Source of the DNA: Octopus vulgaris
Taxonomy: Eukaryota
NCBI GenBank assembly: GCA_951406725.2
Contig: OX597822.1
Coordinates: 112,592,001-112,656,000 of the forward strand
DNA length: 64,000 nucleotides
Direction of reading: 5' to 3'
Both the position numbers and the translations under genes were made by a program. How positions within the stretch are numbered: position 1 is the first letter of the stretch; the number at the start of each line of letters is the position of its first letter. The notes below the pieces were generated by a model. That model saw nothing but the letters and a program-made list of their open reading frames with translations, had not been told where the DNA came from and did not search any database. Of this stretch, positions 1 through 14,126 are shown in pieces.

Positions 1-924
1 GAATGTATCATAAATTTCCACTCTATTAGAATAAACTTTATTCATTTACCTCCCCATGAGAATTACTGGTAATATCAAAAACTTTAGATTTCTTTCAATA
101 TATCTTCTGTGACAGCACACTCATTTTATCACATTTCTCAATGTTACCAAGATTGTGGAAGACTGTAGGTAATATCAGACACATTACCTAGCTGCTAATT
201 ACTTTAATGATCTTGGATAAATGAACTTTTGATAAATGAACGAAATGCCAAACTAAATTCCTTCAAATATAGAGCTCTTTACTATCTGTACAATTTTCAC
301 TAATGACAGTGATTTCTTACGTTGATACACAGCAACATATCTCATGGGGCAGGGTGTAGTCAATCTGCTAATTTATTCCAGTTTTTGACTGATACAGCAA
401 CTTCTTTTATTGATGAAAGATGAAGTAGACCTTTGTGGGATTTGAACTCAGTATTTAAAGGAATATTACAATATACAGTTTATTTTGACTATACACAGAC
501 GATATTCTTGTAGGAAAAGGGTATTGTTGACTGAAGGAATTTCAGGAGCGTTTCATTAAATGAAGGGTGATGGTAAATAAAGTTAACTCTAAGGAAATTT
601 GAAAGAATTATAGAAAGACATGATGACTAAGATACATTTGTGATACAAATAAAAACATTTTCAGTTCTCAGATGTTTTGACACAAATTTGACAGAGGCAT
701 GGCAACAGCAATATTGAGAGCATTAATTTTAGGATAGGGGAGAATTTAGTGCAAAGGCTACTAGCAATGTTGACTGTGGCTATATTAGAGTTTATACCTA
801 AAACCAGGCAAAAACTACCTGCACTACACTTCATAAAATATTAGTAATAATCCTTACTATTATAGGCACTGTCTGAAATTTCTAGAGTGGGGGTTGGAGG
901 GGTAACTGGTATTTATTTTATTGA

Positions 925-1257
925 ACGGCTAACTGGCTTCCGTGCCGGTGGCATGTAAGAGGCACCATTCGGGCAGGATCGTTACCAGCATCGCCTTACT
1001 GGCACCTGTGCCATTGCCATATGTAAAAAGATTCGAGCGAGGTCATTGCCAGTACTGCCTGACTGGCCCCCGTGTCGGTGGCATGTAAAAACATCCACTA
1101 CACTCCCAGAGTGGTTGGCGTTAGGAATGGCATCCAGCTGTAGAAACTCTGCCGGATCAAGACTGGAGCCTGGTGCAGCCATCTGGTTCGCCAGCCCTCA
1201 GTCAAACCGTCCAACCTATGCCAGCATGGAAAGTGGACGTTAAACGATGATGATGAT
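925..1257 (+). mobile_element. Family B: RTE 3'-end element with (gat)n tail, inserted in an old SINE-C
   Basis: cactacact..ggcgttaggaagggcatccagc..ggacgttaaacgatgatgat; ~15 copies in the window. Confidence 0.88.
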
Positions 1258-1986
1258 CCCTAAAGGAACAAAAGCAAAGTTAACCTCAGAATTTTAACTC
1301 AGAACTTAAAGATGAACAAAATGCCCCTAAATTTTGTTTGGCTTGCTAATGTTTCTGCCTGCTTGCTGCATTGTAAAATATAGTTATAAAGTTTTAGAGA
1401 TGGAGTATGGTTATGGAGTGTAGACAAACAGTCAGCACACCATTTAATAAAAGATAAGTAGTAATAAAGTTATGGAAACAGGGTATGGATAATTAGATCA
1501 ATTCTAAGTACTTGATTGGCACTGTTTTATTGATTCTAGAAAGTTGAAAGGCAGAACCAATACTGTACATAGGAAAATAAATGGGGAAGGTCAAAACTGG
1601 AATGCCTATTCATCAAAAGCTTGCTTTGTTCAGTGCTGACTTGAGGATGTAAGAGAAACAAAAAAAGAAAAATCTTGAAGCCAAATGTTATAATCATTGG
1701 TTTTATGCCCACTTTTTCATGGCTTGACATAATTTCCATGGAATGTAAACAAACAATAATTGTGTATGACAATGATATTCCAACATACGATGTCAAGACA
1801 AGGGTATACTCACACACACCATGATGGGCTTCTTTCAGTTTGACTATCAAATCTGTTCACAAGGATTTGGCCAGCCTGGGGTTAGAAGATATTTGCTCAA
1901 GGTGCTGCACTGTGAGATTGAACCTGAAACCACATGGTTGGGAAGCATGCTTCTTATGTACACAATCACGTCTGTGCCTAGCTGTA

Positions 1987-2457
1987 TTACTCCTTCACTT
2001 GTTTCAGTCATTTGACTGCGGCCCTGCTGGAGCACCGCCTTTTAGTTGAGCAAATCGACCCCAGGAGTTATTCTTTGTAAGCCTAGTACTTATTCTATTG
2101 GTCTCTTTTGCCAAGCCGCTAAGTTACGGGGATGTAAACACACTAGTGCTCATTGTCAAGTATTATTGGTAGTGGGGCAAACACAGATGCATGCATGTGC
2201 ACTAACATCGGTTGTCAAGCGATGTTGTAGGGGGGGGGGGGGGCAAACACACAAACATATACACACACATACATATATACATATATATGACGGGCTTCTT
2301 TCAGTTTCCATCTTCCAAATCCACTCACAAGGCTTTGGTTGGACCGAGGCTATAGTAGAAGACATTTGCCCATGGTGTGTGTGTGTATGCAGTGGAACTG
2401 AACCCAGAACCATGTGGTTGGTAAGCAAGCCACCTACTACACAGCCACTCCTACGCC
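1987..2457 (-). mobile_element. SINE family A (tRNA head, CORE-like segment, internal CA/TA microsatellite, (aaagagta)n tail)
   Basis: A box TGGCTGTGTRG and B box GGTTCAGTYCC on minus; more than 12 copies in the window. Confidence 0.9.
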
Positions 2458-4773
2458 TATATTGTTGATAAATATCACAAAACAATCCTTTCTTTATATC
2501 CTATTGATCTTCAGTTACTTTGTTTTCTTCCATCTTTGCCAGAATATTCATGTCCCATGTGAGTGTTGGGTAATCTTTAATCTCAATAATGTTGAAACTA
2601 TTGTGTTGTGAACTTACCTCTTGTTACAAGCAGGTTCGTTTTCTCAGTTTCATGAAATACTTTTCTAATTGTCTTAGCAGACTCAGAAATATGCCAGTGA
2701 AACAATCTGGGAATAATTTACAGCATTAAACTGTTATTTCCAGCAGAAAGATCCACTTCCCACACAAATTAATCCAATTAATAGAGAAACTAGAAGTGAA
2801 TATCATCATCATCAAAGATCAATAAAGCTCCCTGTGGTTCCCTGAAAGATGAATTAAAACAATGTTTTATCTATTTGTAAGATGATCTCTTTACTTATCT
2901 TTTGATAGTCTTTTTGTATAATATCTAATGTACAGAGAAATAACCAATGCCATATAATTTGTATTAAAACTATATAATAACTTAAATAGTTTATATAACG
3001 TTTGGAATTATGAAGGGCATCCAGCTGTGGAAACTCTGCCAGATCAAGATTGGAGCCTGGTGCAGCTATCTGGTTCGCCAGTCCTCAGTCAAATTGTCCA
3101 ACCCATGCTAGCATGGAAAGTGGACGTTAAACGATGATGATGATATTACGCACACACACACATCATTGTTTTAATGTCCACTTTTCTGCTGGCAGAAGTC
3201 AGAATTTGTTGAGGCAGATTTTTACGGCTGAATGCCCTTCCTATTGACAACACTCACTTGTTTTCGTTTAAGGTAATATTTCCCCATAGCCAGAAGATTG
3301 GAAACAAAGAACCCTGTTAGTTGTAAATGAGTGTAAACATCATATTATCATGACAAGAACACACACACACCAGACGGGTTTCTTTCAATTTTTTTTCTAC
3401 CAAATCCATTCATAAGGCCTTGTCTGATTTGGAGCTTTAATAGAAGACCCTTTTCCAAGGTACCAAGTAATGGGACTGAACCTGAAACCATAAGAAGGGA
3501 ACTTCTTAACCACACAACCATGCCTGTCTATGTGTGTGTGTATATATATATATCCAGCAATTTTTTACTAGCTTCATCTTGTCTCTTTGTTTTCTCTCCG
3601 TGTTTGCGATATGGACAATTAAGGTGGTTTTAGAGTCAGATCATGGCTGCTATTTTCAGCATGGTGGTATCTCGTAGATACCCTAATTTATACTTTTTAA
3701 TATATATATATCTATATATATATATCTATGAGAGAGAGAGAGAGAGATACACACGCATACAAGCATTGCTAAAGAAAAAAATAGCTATAGTGCAAAAATA
3801 AGTAAAACAAAACACAAAACAAGCAGTGTAGTAGTAGTATTTAAGTAGAGTCTAAGAGTTTTGTAACTGATGGTGTGTTAGTCATTGGAATATTTAAAAA
3901 CATTAATTCACAAGACTCATTCAGTTGAAAGAATGTAACATTTGTAAAATTATGAAAAGAACAAGTTGTAATATCTGAACATTTACATACTGTGAGAGCA
4001 AAATATTTTTATGGTTGGATGCTCTTATCACACATCACTGAATACATTGGATTACTAAAATATTCCAAGTCTCTTAAAGCGTTTGGGAAGGAATTGTCAC
4101 AGCTGGTCAATCTGATAGTGTTCTACTGCCAGTCGACTCTTCAATCATTCACATTCTACACAGGCTTCAGGCTCTTTGTACAAAGGGAGTAAAAACAATT
4201 AATACCACAATCCATACGTTTTTCAATTGTATTTTAATAGTTTTACATATTTTCCTGCATTAATATGGTGGTGGGTGATTATGTCAGTGCAGGTGAAACC
4301 TATTGTCAGTCAGGTATACCAAAGCAAGCAGCATAATTCATCTTGAATAAGGGAATACCAACCATAACAAAGATTGAACTTATAGCCACAAGGTTGGTAG
4401 TTCAAAACTTGCAATATTTTCACTGAAACACTGAAAGTTTCTTTCAAAAACAAATCAACAGAAACAAACATTTTGAAAAAAAAAAAAAATGTAACAAATT
4501 CACTGATTGGTTATGGTATTGAAACTGAACTAGTTTCATACCTGCCAGGACTGACTGTGCATTTCAGTACCCTTGGGTTATAAATAAAGTTACTACTTTA
4601 ATACAAAGGTGACAACCAAATTATTACGTTGAGGTTTTTCCCTTTTAATCACTTCAATAAAATAGCAGGCCTTTTGTGATTAATAAAATAACTAATTATT
4701 GAATATCAGTAAGTTGACAACCAAATGTTGACACATGTTGATGTTAATTTTATGAATGGTAAGTATATTCATC

Positions 4774-4990
4774 TAACCCTTTAGCATTTAAACTGACCAT
4801 ATCTGGCCTAAATATTCTGTTTTAGGTTCAAAGTGGCCAGATCCAGCCTCTCACACATTCCCTATAATGTCATTCTAAAAACAAATGATCACATTATTGG
4901 TATCTTGGAGCTGTGAGATAATGCATGATTAATTCAAAACAACGCGAATAAATAAGCAGTATATTTGACAGTGGAATGCAAAAGGGTTAA
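4774..4990. mobile_element. Second TTAA MITE family
   Basis: taaccctttagcatt..aatgcaaaagggttaa termini. Confidence 0.65.
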
Positions 4991-5831
4991 ATAATCCGGT
5001 AAATACCTTAACAAAACCATAAAGATTAATTCGGTGAAGAAGGAAAATTGTATGCAAATGAAGGTGACAAACTCTTGTAAGACTTGATAAAATTGATTCT
5101 GTAGAGAATTGTCTGCATATCAAAGAGCTTCCTATAGCCAAATATCTATGTAGTTTCCACATCCAAGGTTTTATATTTTTACAAAAACATGCTCTTTTTA
5201 CAGATATACTTCAAGTAAAAAATATTTGTTTTATCCTTCAAGACAGAAAAAGGACTTCAATAAGTTTACACACATACACTCACAAATATAAACATACTAA
5301 GGTATACCAAAATATTTTCAGTCTTTTGTATTTTGAGGCAAATAATTTTTCTGTGTTTCTTCCAAACATACACAGTTGTTTTAAAAAGCTTGAAGGTGTT
5401 TAAAGTTGGCATCATAGAAGAGGTAGAGTGTGTCTAAATAAATCTACAGTGAAGATAAAAATCTTAATTCATTCTGTGATAGGACTACAAGAAAGACTAC
5501 TCACACATCTTTAAAAATTGAATATTTTATCTAATTTATTTACAGAATTGTGATTATTTTCTGTGAAAACTCATATGTAACAGACAGTATTTTTTACAAA
5601 TATTTGTGAATGTATGAATGATAATTATGTCATTGGAAACTATAAATAAAACAAAACTAATATCAAATGGTTAATTACTAATTGAATTGTGATGCATCAA
5701 GCGTTTTTCAGTTTTATTTTTTTAAACAAGTGTCCCCCATCCCCAACCAACCACAAATCTTAATCTTTTGAACCCTAAACTAACTTTATTTTAGAAATGC
5801 GTCAAGTTTATCATCATTGTCATTATTAGTA

Positions 5832-6210
5832 TTACTCTTTTACTCGCTTCAGTCATTTGACTGTGGCCATACTGGAGCACCACCTTTAGTCGAATCAAAT
5901 CGACCCCAGGACTTATTCTTTGTAAGCCTAGTACTTAGTCTATCGGTCTCTTTTGCCGAACCGCTAAGTTACAGGTACCTAAACACACCAGCATCGGTTG
6001 TCAAGCGATACACACAGATACACAACATACACACACACACATATACACGACGGGCTTCTTTCAGTTTCCGTCTGCCAAATCCACTCACAAGGTTCTGGTC
6101 GGCCCAAGGCTATATTAGAAGATACTTGCCCAAGGTGCCACACAGTAGGACTGAACCCGGAACCATGTGGTTTGTAAGCAAGCTACTTACTACACAGCCA
6201 CTCCTGCGCC
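5832..6210 (-). mobile_element. SINE family A
   Basis: Similarity to other copies. Confidence 0.9.
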
Positions 6211-6278
6211 ATATTATTAATATATCAAAATTTCAAAGTATAAGCTCAAGTTGTATATAAAACAACTTTGTAGCATCT

Positions 6279-6507
6279 TTAACCCTTTCATTACTAACCC
6301 GCCTGAAACCGGCTCTGGTTCTGTAGTACAAATGTCTTGTTTTCATAAGTTCTGATTTAAAATCTTCCACCAAACCTTAGTCACAATTTATGTTCCAAAC
6401 ACTAGCTGAATGATAACAAAGTTATTTTACTAAATTCTTTGTTATATTTAAAGTAATTGAAAGAAACACAGAGCATCCCAAAATAAATACAGTAACGAAA
6501 GGGTTAA
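6279..6507 (+). mobile_element. TTAA-flanked MITE (piggyBac-like ends)
   Basis: ttaa-ccctttc..gaaaggg-ttaa; three more copies at 58075-58799. Confidence 0.8.
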
Positions 6508-7165
6508 AAGATAATCTGGTCGAAAAAGAAATACAGTGTGACACAGCTGTTTCGGTATCACTGATTCAGTGCTGATTTATTTGACAACAGACATTTTGAT
6601 GTTTCCTTATTCCCTACCTACTCTGTCCCTCTATTTGTGACTTTGAGCATATTTCTTTTCCTGTATCCGAGGAGAGGGAAAGTGCTTATTGCGTTCAATT
6701 ATTAACTTGTAATGTCGCTCCCTCCCGCCCTCACTTTTTATTTGTATATTTTTGTGCATGTGTGTGTGTGTGTGTGTGTGTGTCTTGTGCCATACAGTAC
6801 TGTCACAAAACAAACTGAATGTCCAGTTAGCTATACTTAATCAACATCCTAACAGTTGTCAAATTCTCATTATAAAACCAGAGGTAAAAATTAAAAACAC
6901 TTTATTGAGCATGCATTTATTTCAGCTGATTTCAATAATGTTAATTTAGAGTGCATCATGAATTATTATTAAATTGTTACATAAAAGACACAACAGTCGT
7001 TATCTGCATAGTATACAGACATCAAAGACGTGAGGCTGTAAATGCATTGACACTTCAGCTGGACATTGGAGCAAGTCTCATAAATTAATTAAACTAAAGA
7101 TATGACTAACACACTAGTGTACCGGTGGTTATTAGTATCTCTTGTAATATGAGCAGTCCCTAATG

Positions 7166-7920
7166 TAACAGATGGCTAAAATATTTCTTTATTGCCCACG
7201 AGGGGCTAAACATAGAGGGGACAAACAAGGACAAAGGAATTAAGTCGATTAGATCGACCCCAGTATGTAACTGGTACTAAATTTATCAACCCCCGAAAGG
7301 ATGAAAGGTAAAGTCGACCTCGGTGGAACTTGAACTCAGAACGTAGCTGCAGATGAAATGCTGTTAAACATTTCGCCCAGCGTGCTAACGGTTCTGCCAG
7401 CTCGCCACCTATAACAGATGGCTAAAATATTTCTTTATTGCCCACGAGGGGCTAAACATAGAGGGGACAAACAAGGACAAAGGAATTAAGTCGATTAGAT
7501 CGACCCCAGTATGTAACTGGTACTAAATTTATCGACCCCAAAAGGATGAGAGGTAAAGTCGACCTCGGTGGAACTTGAACTCAGAACGTAGCTGCAGATG
7601 AAATGCTGCTAAACATTTCGCCCAGCGTGCTAACGGTTCTGCCAGCTCGCCACCTATAACAGATGGCTAAAATATTTCTTTATTGCCCACGAGGGGCTAA
7701 ACATAGAGGGGACAAACAAGGACAAAGGAATTAAGTCGATTAGATCGACCCCAGTATGTAACTGGTACTAAATTTATCGACCCCGAAAGGATGAAAGGTA
7801 AAGTCGACCTCGGTGGAACTTGAACTCAGAACGTAGCTGCAGATGAAATGCTGCTAAACATTTCGCCCAGCGTGCTAACGGTTCTGCCAGCTCGCCACCT
7901 ATAACAGATGGCTAAAATAT
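7166..7920 (-). mobile_element. SINE family C, three full tandem copies separated by the target-site sequence
   Basis: Period 245-246 bp; taacagatggctaaaatat at 7166, 7412, 7657 and 7902; tRNA-like head with B box GAGTTCAA. Confidence 0.92.
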
Positions 7921-8339
7921 GTTAGCAGCTAGTGTAGTAGTAGTAAACTGGTATCGTGTTTATTTAAAGATATTGTATATCATAACTGACACACAATGAT
8001 GTTTGTAAAAGAAACTTCAAAGGAAGAAGTGATCAGTAGGAATAACTGATGTTGTGGAAAAAAAACTGTAGGAAAATGTGTAGGATGTGTGGAGAAAGTT
8101 GTGGAGGGTGTTTGGTAAAACAAGGGAAAGTCTTTACAGAAAAGAGAGAGTGTGTAGATGGTGAATAGTATCAAAAACACTGTGTATGTGTGTGTGAAAG
8201 AGAGGAAAAATATATGTGTAGAAATCAGTGAAGGATTGTTTTTTTTTTTCATAAAATAATGAAATGAATAAACGGAAACTGTGTATGCTGTCATAATTGC
8301 AGAGAAAAACAAAAATTGAATTGAAAAATCACATTTAAA

Positions 8340-11300
8340 ATGAACAAAAGCATTTCATGTTTATTTATACCAAAGTAATAAAGAAATAGAAATGTTTGTT
8401 TTATAAAATATATATTTTGTCGTTTTTTTTCTTGCTTTCAACAAATCAAGCAATAAATGTTTTTTTTTTTTTATGTTTTCATAATATATGCATCATGTTT
8501 GGACTATTGTCATTATTTGGATAATTAAAATTGATTTCTATATGTTAAACAGCAAATTCTTGTAAGCTTCATGGAACAAAGAGTGAATGAATATATAAGA
8601 ATAATTAAGGTGAATGATAATTACAGCACATAGTAGGATATTCTAGCAGAATTTACCGGAGGGTATCAACAATATTTTCATATATACACAGGACACTGTT
8701 TATTTTCAGGGATATATACAGTGGAAACAAATTATTTAGAAAATATTCTTTTTGTTTAAAATATTTGGTCTCAAATCCAGAAAAATCTTTTTGTTTGTTT
8801 TTAGATTAAACAATTGGTCTTTATTAACCATATAAGACTATTATAGCTTGATTTTGTGATTATAAACATTGAGATTAAACAAGAGGTTTGGAGACTAAAC
8901 TGTAAAAAAATATTTTGTGACTAAATTGTTGACTTGTGATCAAAAAAAAAAAGTTTGTTTTTGGACCGTTGGTAAAAACAATGGAAACAAACTAATTGGT
9001 CTTGTGATCATAAAAAATAGAAAAAAAAAACAAGCAATTTATTTTTTTCAATAAGACTGCATTTTACAGCCGTAAATATTACAGCCAAACATGGATGTTT
9101 GGACTACAAGCATTAAGATTAACCATTTCTGATTGCAATTTGTACATCCATACATTGAATTTATACAAAAAAAGTGGAAGTAAATATTTCTTTTTGCCCT
9201 CAGAAAGCTTTTTAGTTAAATGATTTGAATGAAGACTTTAATTTGATGAGATTTCAACTAAATAATACCTGTAGGGATATGTGAATTAGTGAATTAAGAT
9301 ACCTGTGCTGTAGTTGTCGTACATGACAAACAAGCTTCAAATCTATTTTTTATTTCAAACACTTGAAGGAGAAATGGCTCGTCAAAATATTATATGAACT
9401 TTATTCCACAGACATTGATCATTAAAAAAGTCATTTTAGATATGTTTGTGTGATGGCAAATCATTCAACTAATCTAAAACAAACAGTATTGTGCGTTCTT
9501 GGCATTTTTTTGGTTTTTGTCAGAGTGGATTTTTGGATGTAATTTTTGCATTTAAAAGAAATCAGAAACAACAAGAACAGGTTTCAAATAAAACTGACTT
9601 TTGATGTCATTAACTTGGTGTTGACTTTGAATTATATTTACAATTACCAAACAAATCAGGTGTTAACTAATTCTGCTATTGCAGTGTAGAAGTGGGTAGT
9701 AGCTGCTGTTTATAAACAACAGAAGCCATAATAAAACAATTTTAAGTGGCAGTGTTAGTTGAAAATGTTAATGATGCATCCTATATTTGGGAACACTTTT
9801 GAAATGCATACATTTTGTGAAATGTAAAATATTTTACAATCTAAAATTAATGATAAAATTTCAATGTGTGGATATTCTAGAAAGCATTGAACACAAGCAG
9901 GTTATGTCATGTATATAAAGATGGTCTAGAGATTTATTTGACAGTTATAAAGAAAAATGTGCTTTTTGAGAGGCACATTCAAAAATGTAATTTATGTAGC
10001 AATACTTGAAACATACAGCAGTACTATGTAGTGCTTCACGTAAAATTCAATACTGAATACTCTGTTATAAAACAACTTTCCAGATAACCCATAGCCTGTC
10101 AGATAACAGACCAAAAAAAACAATGTGATTTAAGAATAAAAGTAAATTGGTCAGATAATAAAACAAAATTTGGAAACTTAATATGATGTTGCTGTTTGTA
10201 TCTGAGAACCTGATAGAATTCTACTTATGAGCCAAAATAACACTGGAAACACATAAGAAAAAAACCCGACAAAGTTTAAGTTTCCTCAACACAATAACAA
10301 TAACAAAAATAGCAACAGATATTAATGCGTATTAATTGTCTTCCATTTTAAAATTTAAATCTTAATATCTTGGAAGGAATTTTAATCATGATGATATCAC
10401 TTTTGATTGGAAATCTTACTCCATATGATTTGTGTATTTTTACAATGAAAGTTCCCTAAAACTCTGGGAAAGAATTCCTGACACAGCCTTGTTTTAAGGA
10501 TTTGTCTTTTGCAGAGCAATGCTTTGATTTGGATGAACACAGCTGAATAGTGAAACTAAAGCCACCAGTAAACCTTCAGTTTTGGAAGTAATTCAAGAGA
10601 TCACATAGTTTTTTCATAAAATATATATATAGTATTTGGTTTTGTGAGAAATAAAGAAATAGTTTCGACTCCAGAGGTTTCGAGTGTATTACAGTGATAA
10701 AATTCAGTAGAGTGTGTATATAACACATGCTATACATCACAGCATAAAAGTCAATATTTTAAGCTGAGGGGAAAAAAATTCTACTGGAAACTATAGATCA
10801 ATCTATATACCAAGTATAAAATAAGAAACTTTGCAACAAACCTGGGCTTGTAAGTTGAGCCCAAAACCTCAAGACCAACTAATCCATTTGTTGGCTAATA
10901 TTCTGCAATTTATGGTACATTACTTTAAAGTTTCAAAGTATATATAAACAACTCTAGAACAACGAACAATACTACTAAGTGCACTACAGGGAATATACAC
11001 AAGATGATTGCTGTAATCAGAATTCCATTCAATACTTTTCGAGTGTTAAAGAGCTATATACAAGTATAACCTTGGTATTTGGAAATAACATAGGTTCAGG
11101 AGTAGAATTAAATGTTTATTATATCTTAGAACATTTTATACTCCAGAAACTCTTTCAGGCATAAACTTAGTAACAAACCACATTATCATCATCATCATCA
11201 TCATCTGTTATTTAGAATGTGTAAAGCTGGGTACACATTTTTGCTGCCAAGTTTGATTGACAATAATAAAAAATTAAAACCAAGTGTATACATATATATA

Positions 11301-11896
11301 CATATAAATCACATCATGTGTGTATGTATGTATATATATGTCTACACACACACACACAAATCATATATGTATATGGGCAAAAATTTTATATATATATATC
11401 TACACACACACACACACAAATATGTATATGTGCAAAAATTATATATATATATATATGTATGTATCATATTCACACACACTCACACCCATATATCTTTTAT
11501 ATTAATTTATTTCCATGTTCCTAATGAAGAATTGTTAATGTTTTTGTCACAGCATTTTTAATACTGGATGCTTTTCCTATTGCTAACCATTCAAACAACG
11601 TTGGAGTGAAACTTGTATCTTGAAGCAAGCAAAGTTATGACCAGAAAATAGAATCAAAACTCTGCATATTTGTAAGTTTCACATATCTACGTTCCCTTTA
11701 ATACTGTCAGAAACCATACTGTAATATGTATACATATAATTATTTTTGGTGAATGTTGTTGTCTAGGTAAAAAATCACAGCGCTATGCTTAAAAACAAAT
11801 TATGTGCTAAAACAGCAACTAAGCATTTATGGAGTGGATATCTTCATGTTTTTATGCATGGAAACACAAAGTGTATACTGAACTGAAGGTGTGTAT

Positions 11897-11972
<76 letters not shown>

Positions 11973-13499
11973 CTCATATTTACCTGGGAGGTACACAGCT
12001 ACATATCATTATGTATATGTAGACATGAATGTATGTATACACACACAGAATATTAATTTGAGGGAAAGAATATCCTATTTTCCAAACGTTTAATTTCTCA
12101 TTAGAAATGATTTTCAGGTGTACACTTCTTTGTTCAAGCTATATACACCCACTATTACTACTTTGTGTGTGTGTGTGTTGGGTAGACAAGTACAAGATAA
12201 AGAACGTTGATTACACATAATAGAATTCATCTATTCAAAGCTTTACTCTCACTAATATTAGTCAACCTATCAGTTTATCAAATATTCTTAAATTTGAATT
12301 TATAATGAATGTATGAGCTGCATTCTTTCCAGCTTTAATCCAATCAGTCAATTTGACATGATTAATCTGATTGATGATCATTTGGGTTGGAATGGTACTG
12401 CTGATACGTAATCTGTTGCTATTACCACACAATCAGTCAAGTAGTGAAATATCATCATTGCAGCTACAATAAATTATTATAATAATTTTAGCAGTTATTA
12501 TCATGACAGCATTTCTGTACTGTCTTTCGATAAAGCTTATTAATAGGTTGTGTAAGAATATCATACTTTTCTGCAAGACAGAGAAGGCATTTTATTGGCC
12601 TTTTGATATAAGTAAACATAATTCAATAATAGATCAATTTCTGGATATGTAGTATTTCATTTATTTTTATTTTATTATGTATTTTTTCAACATGCTCAAT
12701 GAGTGTTATTCTTTGTTTTTCAATGTTAATAGAATTCTAGATTGATGCATTAGAGTCATAGTGATATATTTATCATTAAATGGACAAAATATTGTAGTGC
12801 TAGATTTGGATGGTAACTTACACTTGATGAGTGCAGCAGTTTAACTATATCAATTGTGCAGCTGGAGTTAATATTTACATCGTTTTTGTTGAAAACTCTT
12901 GTTTATATAGTTTTGAGCTCAGTGAGAAAATGGTGTCCTAATCCATAATAAAACCTTTCTCTCTCTCTCTCTATATATATATATATCGTTTGCAACAGAC
13001 AAGCTGAATATATATACCAAGCCTTGAATTTCTTGAACTTATATTACCTGAGACACAGAGAATATGTGTACTGTTCAAATATAAATGAAATCTGCCATAT
13101 AGTGCATTAGTGCAACTAGAGGGGGGTAGGGCAGAGAGGAGGACAGTCCATCCTGGGCAGCCCCCCCTTTTGGGTCTGCTGTAGGCAATATATGTTTTTT
13201 GTGGGGGCTCAGGGGTGACAGCCACTCTAGCTACACTAGTGATATGATAACTAATATAACTTGCCATAACGGTGATTAAATATGATTTGTTTATATGCAG
13301 TAATTTCTTCTTTCACTTTCTACATGGAGAGTTCTGACGGCCACTTAGAATAAAGGACTCAAAGATACATCTGAGAGGAAATAAACATTTAATTTATCAT
13401 CATTCATCGAGCAAAATATATTTGGTTTCACCTGAAGAGCCATACGTGAAACAAGATATATTTTGTTAGAGTAATGATTATGGATTAAATGCCCATCAT

Positions 13500-13541
<42 letters not shown>

Positions 13542-13547
13542 CATTAT

Positions 13548-13578
<31 letters not shown>

Positions 13579-13587
13579 CTCCATTAT

Positions 13588-13629
<42 letters not shown>

Positions 13630-13933
13630 TGTGTGTGTGTGTATGAATGTTTCATCATGAGGTGAAACTATGAAAGACTTAACAGGTCATTGTTTTTTTT
13701 AAACAAAATTCGTTGCTCTTTAATTTGTAGAATTGCAATTCTCATCAGAATATTTGGATTTATGAGAAACTATTTTCTATTGTCAAAAAAAAAAAAAAAA
13801 TGAAAAAAGTATGTGAAGAACCAAGTAGTGGTTGGGGTGGAATGATTAATTTTTATATGTTGTATGTAACCATGGCAACAATTTGACAGCCAAACAGCAG
13901 CAAATCCAAGATTCCAATAAAAGTCAGTAATAG
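8340..13933 (-). other. Putative long 3' UTR of the myosin gene
   Basis: No young SINEs over ~6 kb, unlike the introns. Minus-strand AATAAA at 8360-8365 with a U-rich tract downstream. The end point is inferred. Confidence 0.45.
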
Positions 13934-14126
13934 TTAGGAATTATTAAACAGCATCTTATTCGCATTGGCAGGCCACATTAGTGTCATATTACCATTTTCT
14001 TTACGAAACTCTGGTTCACGGTTGATATAATCAGCAGAGAAATGCACACGAATATTGCGCTGTTTATCTCCCAGCATGCATTTCAAATTCTTCCCAACAA
14101 AGATTTTTAAATCTTGTTTGGTTATG
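13934..14126 (-). CDS. Myo1d: Myo1 terminal coding exon
   Basis: cag|(R)[66 protein letters not shown]. Confidence 0.92.

Noticed and set aside
6660-6740. GC-box-like patch as a promoter
   Set aside because: A single short motif with no supporting transcript structure.
13425-13460. CTGAAGA..GAAAC hammerhead-like string in the 3' UTR
   Set aside because: No properly placed NUH or stem III, and stem II is only 2 bp.
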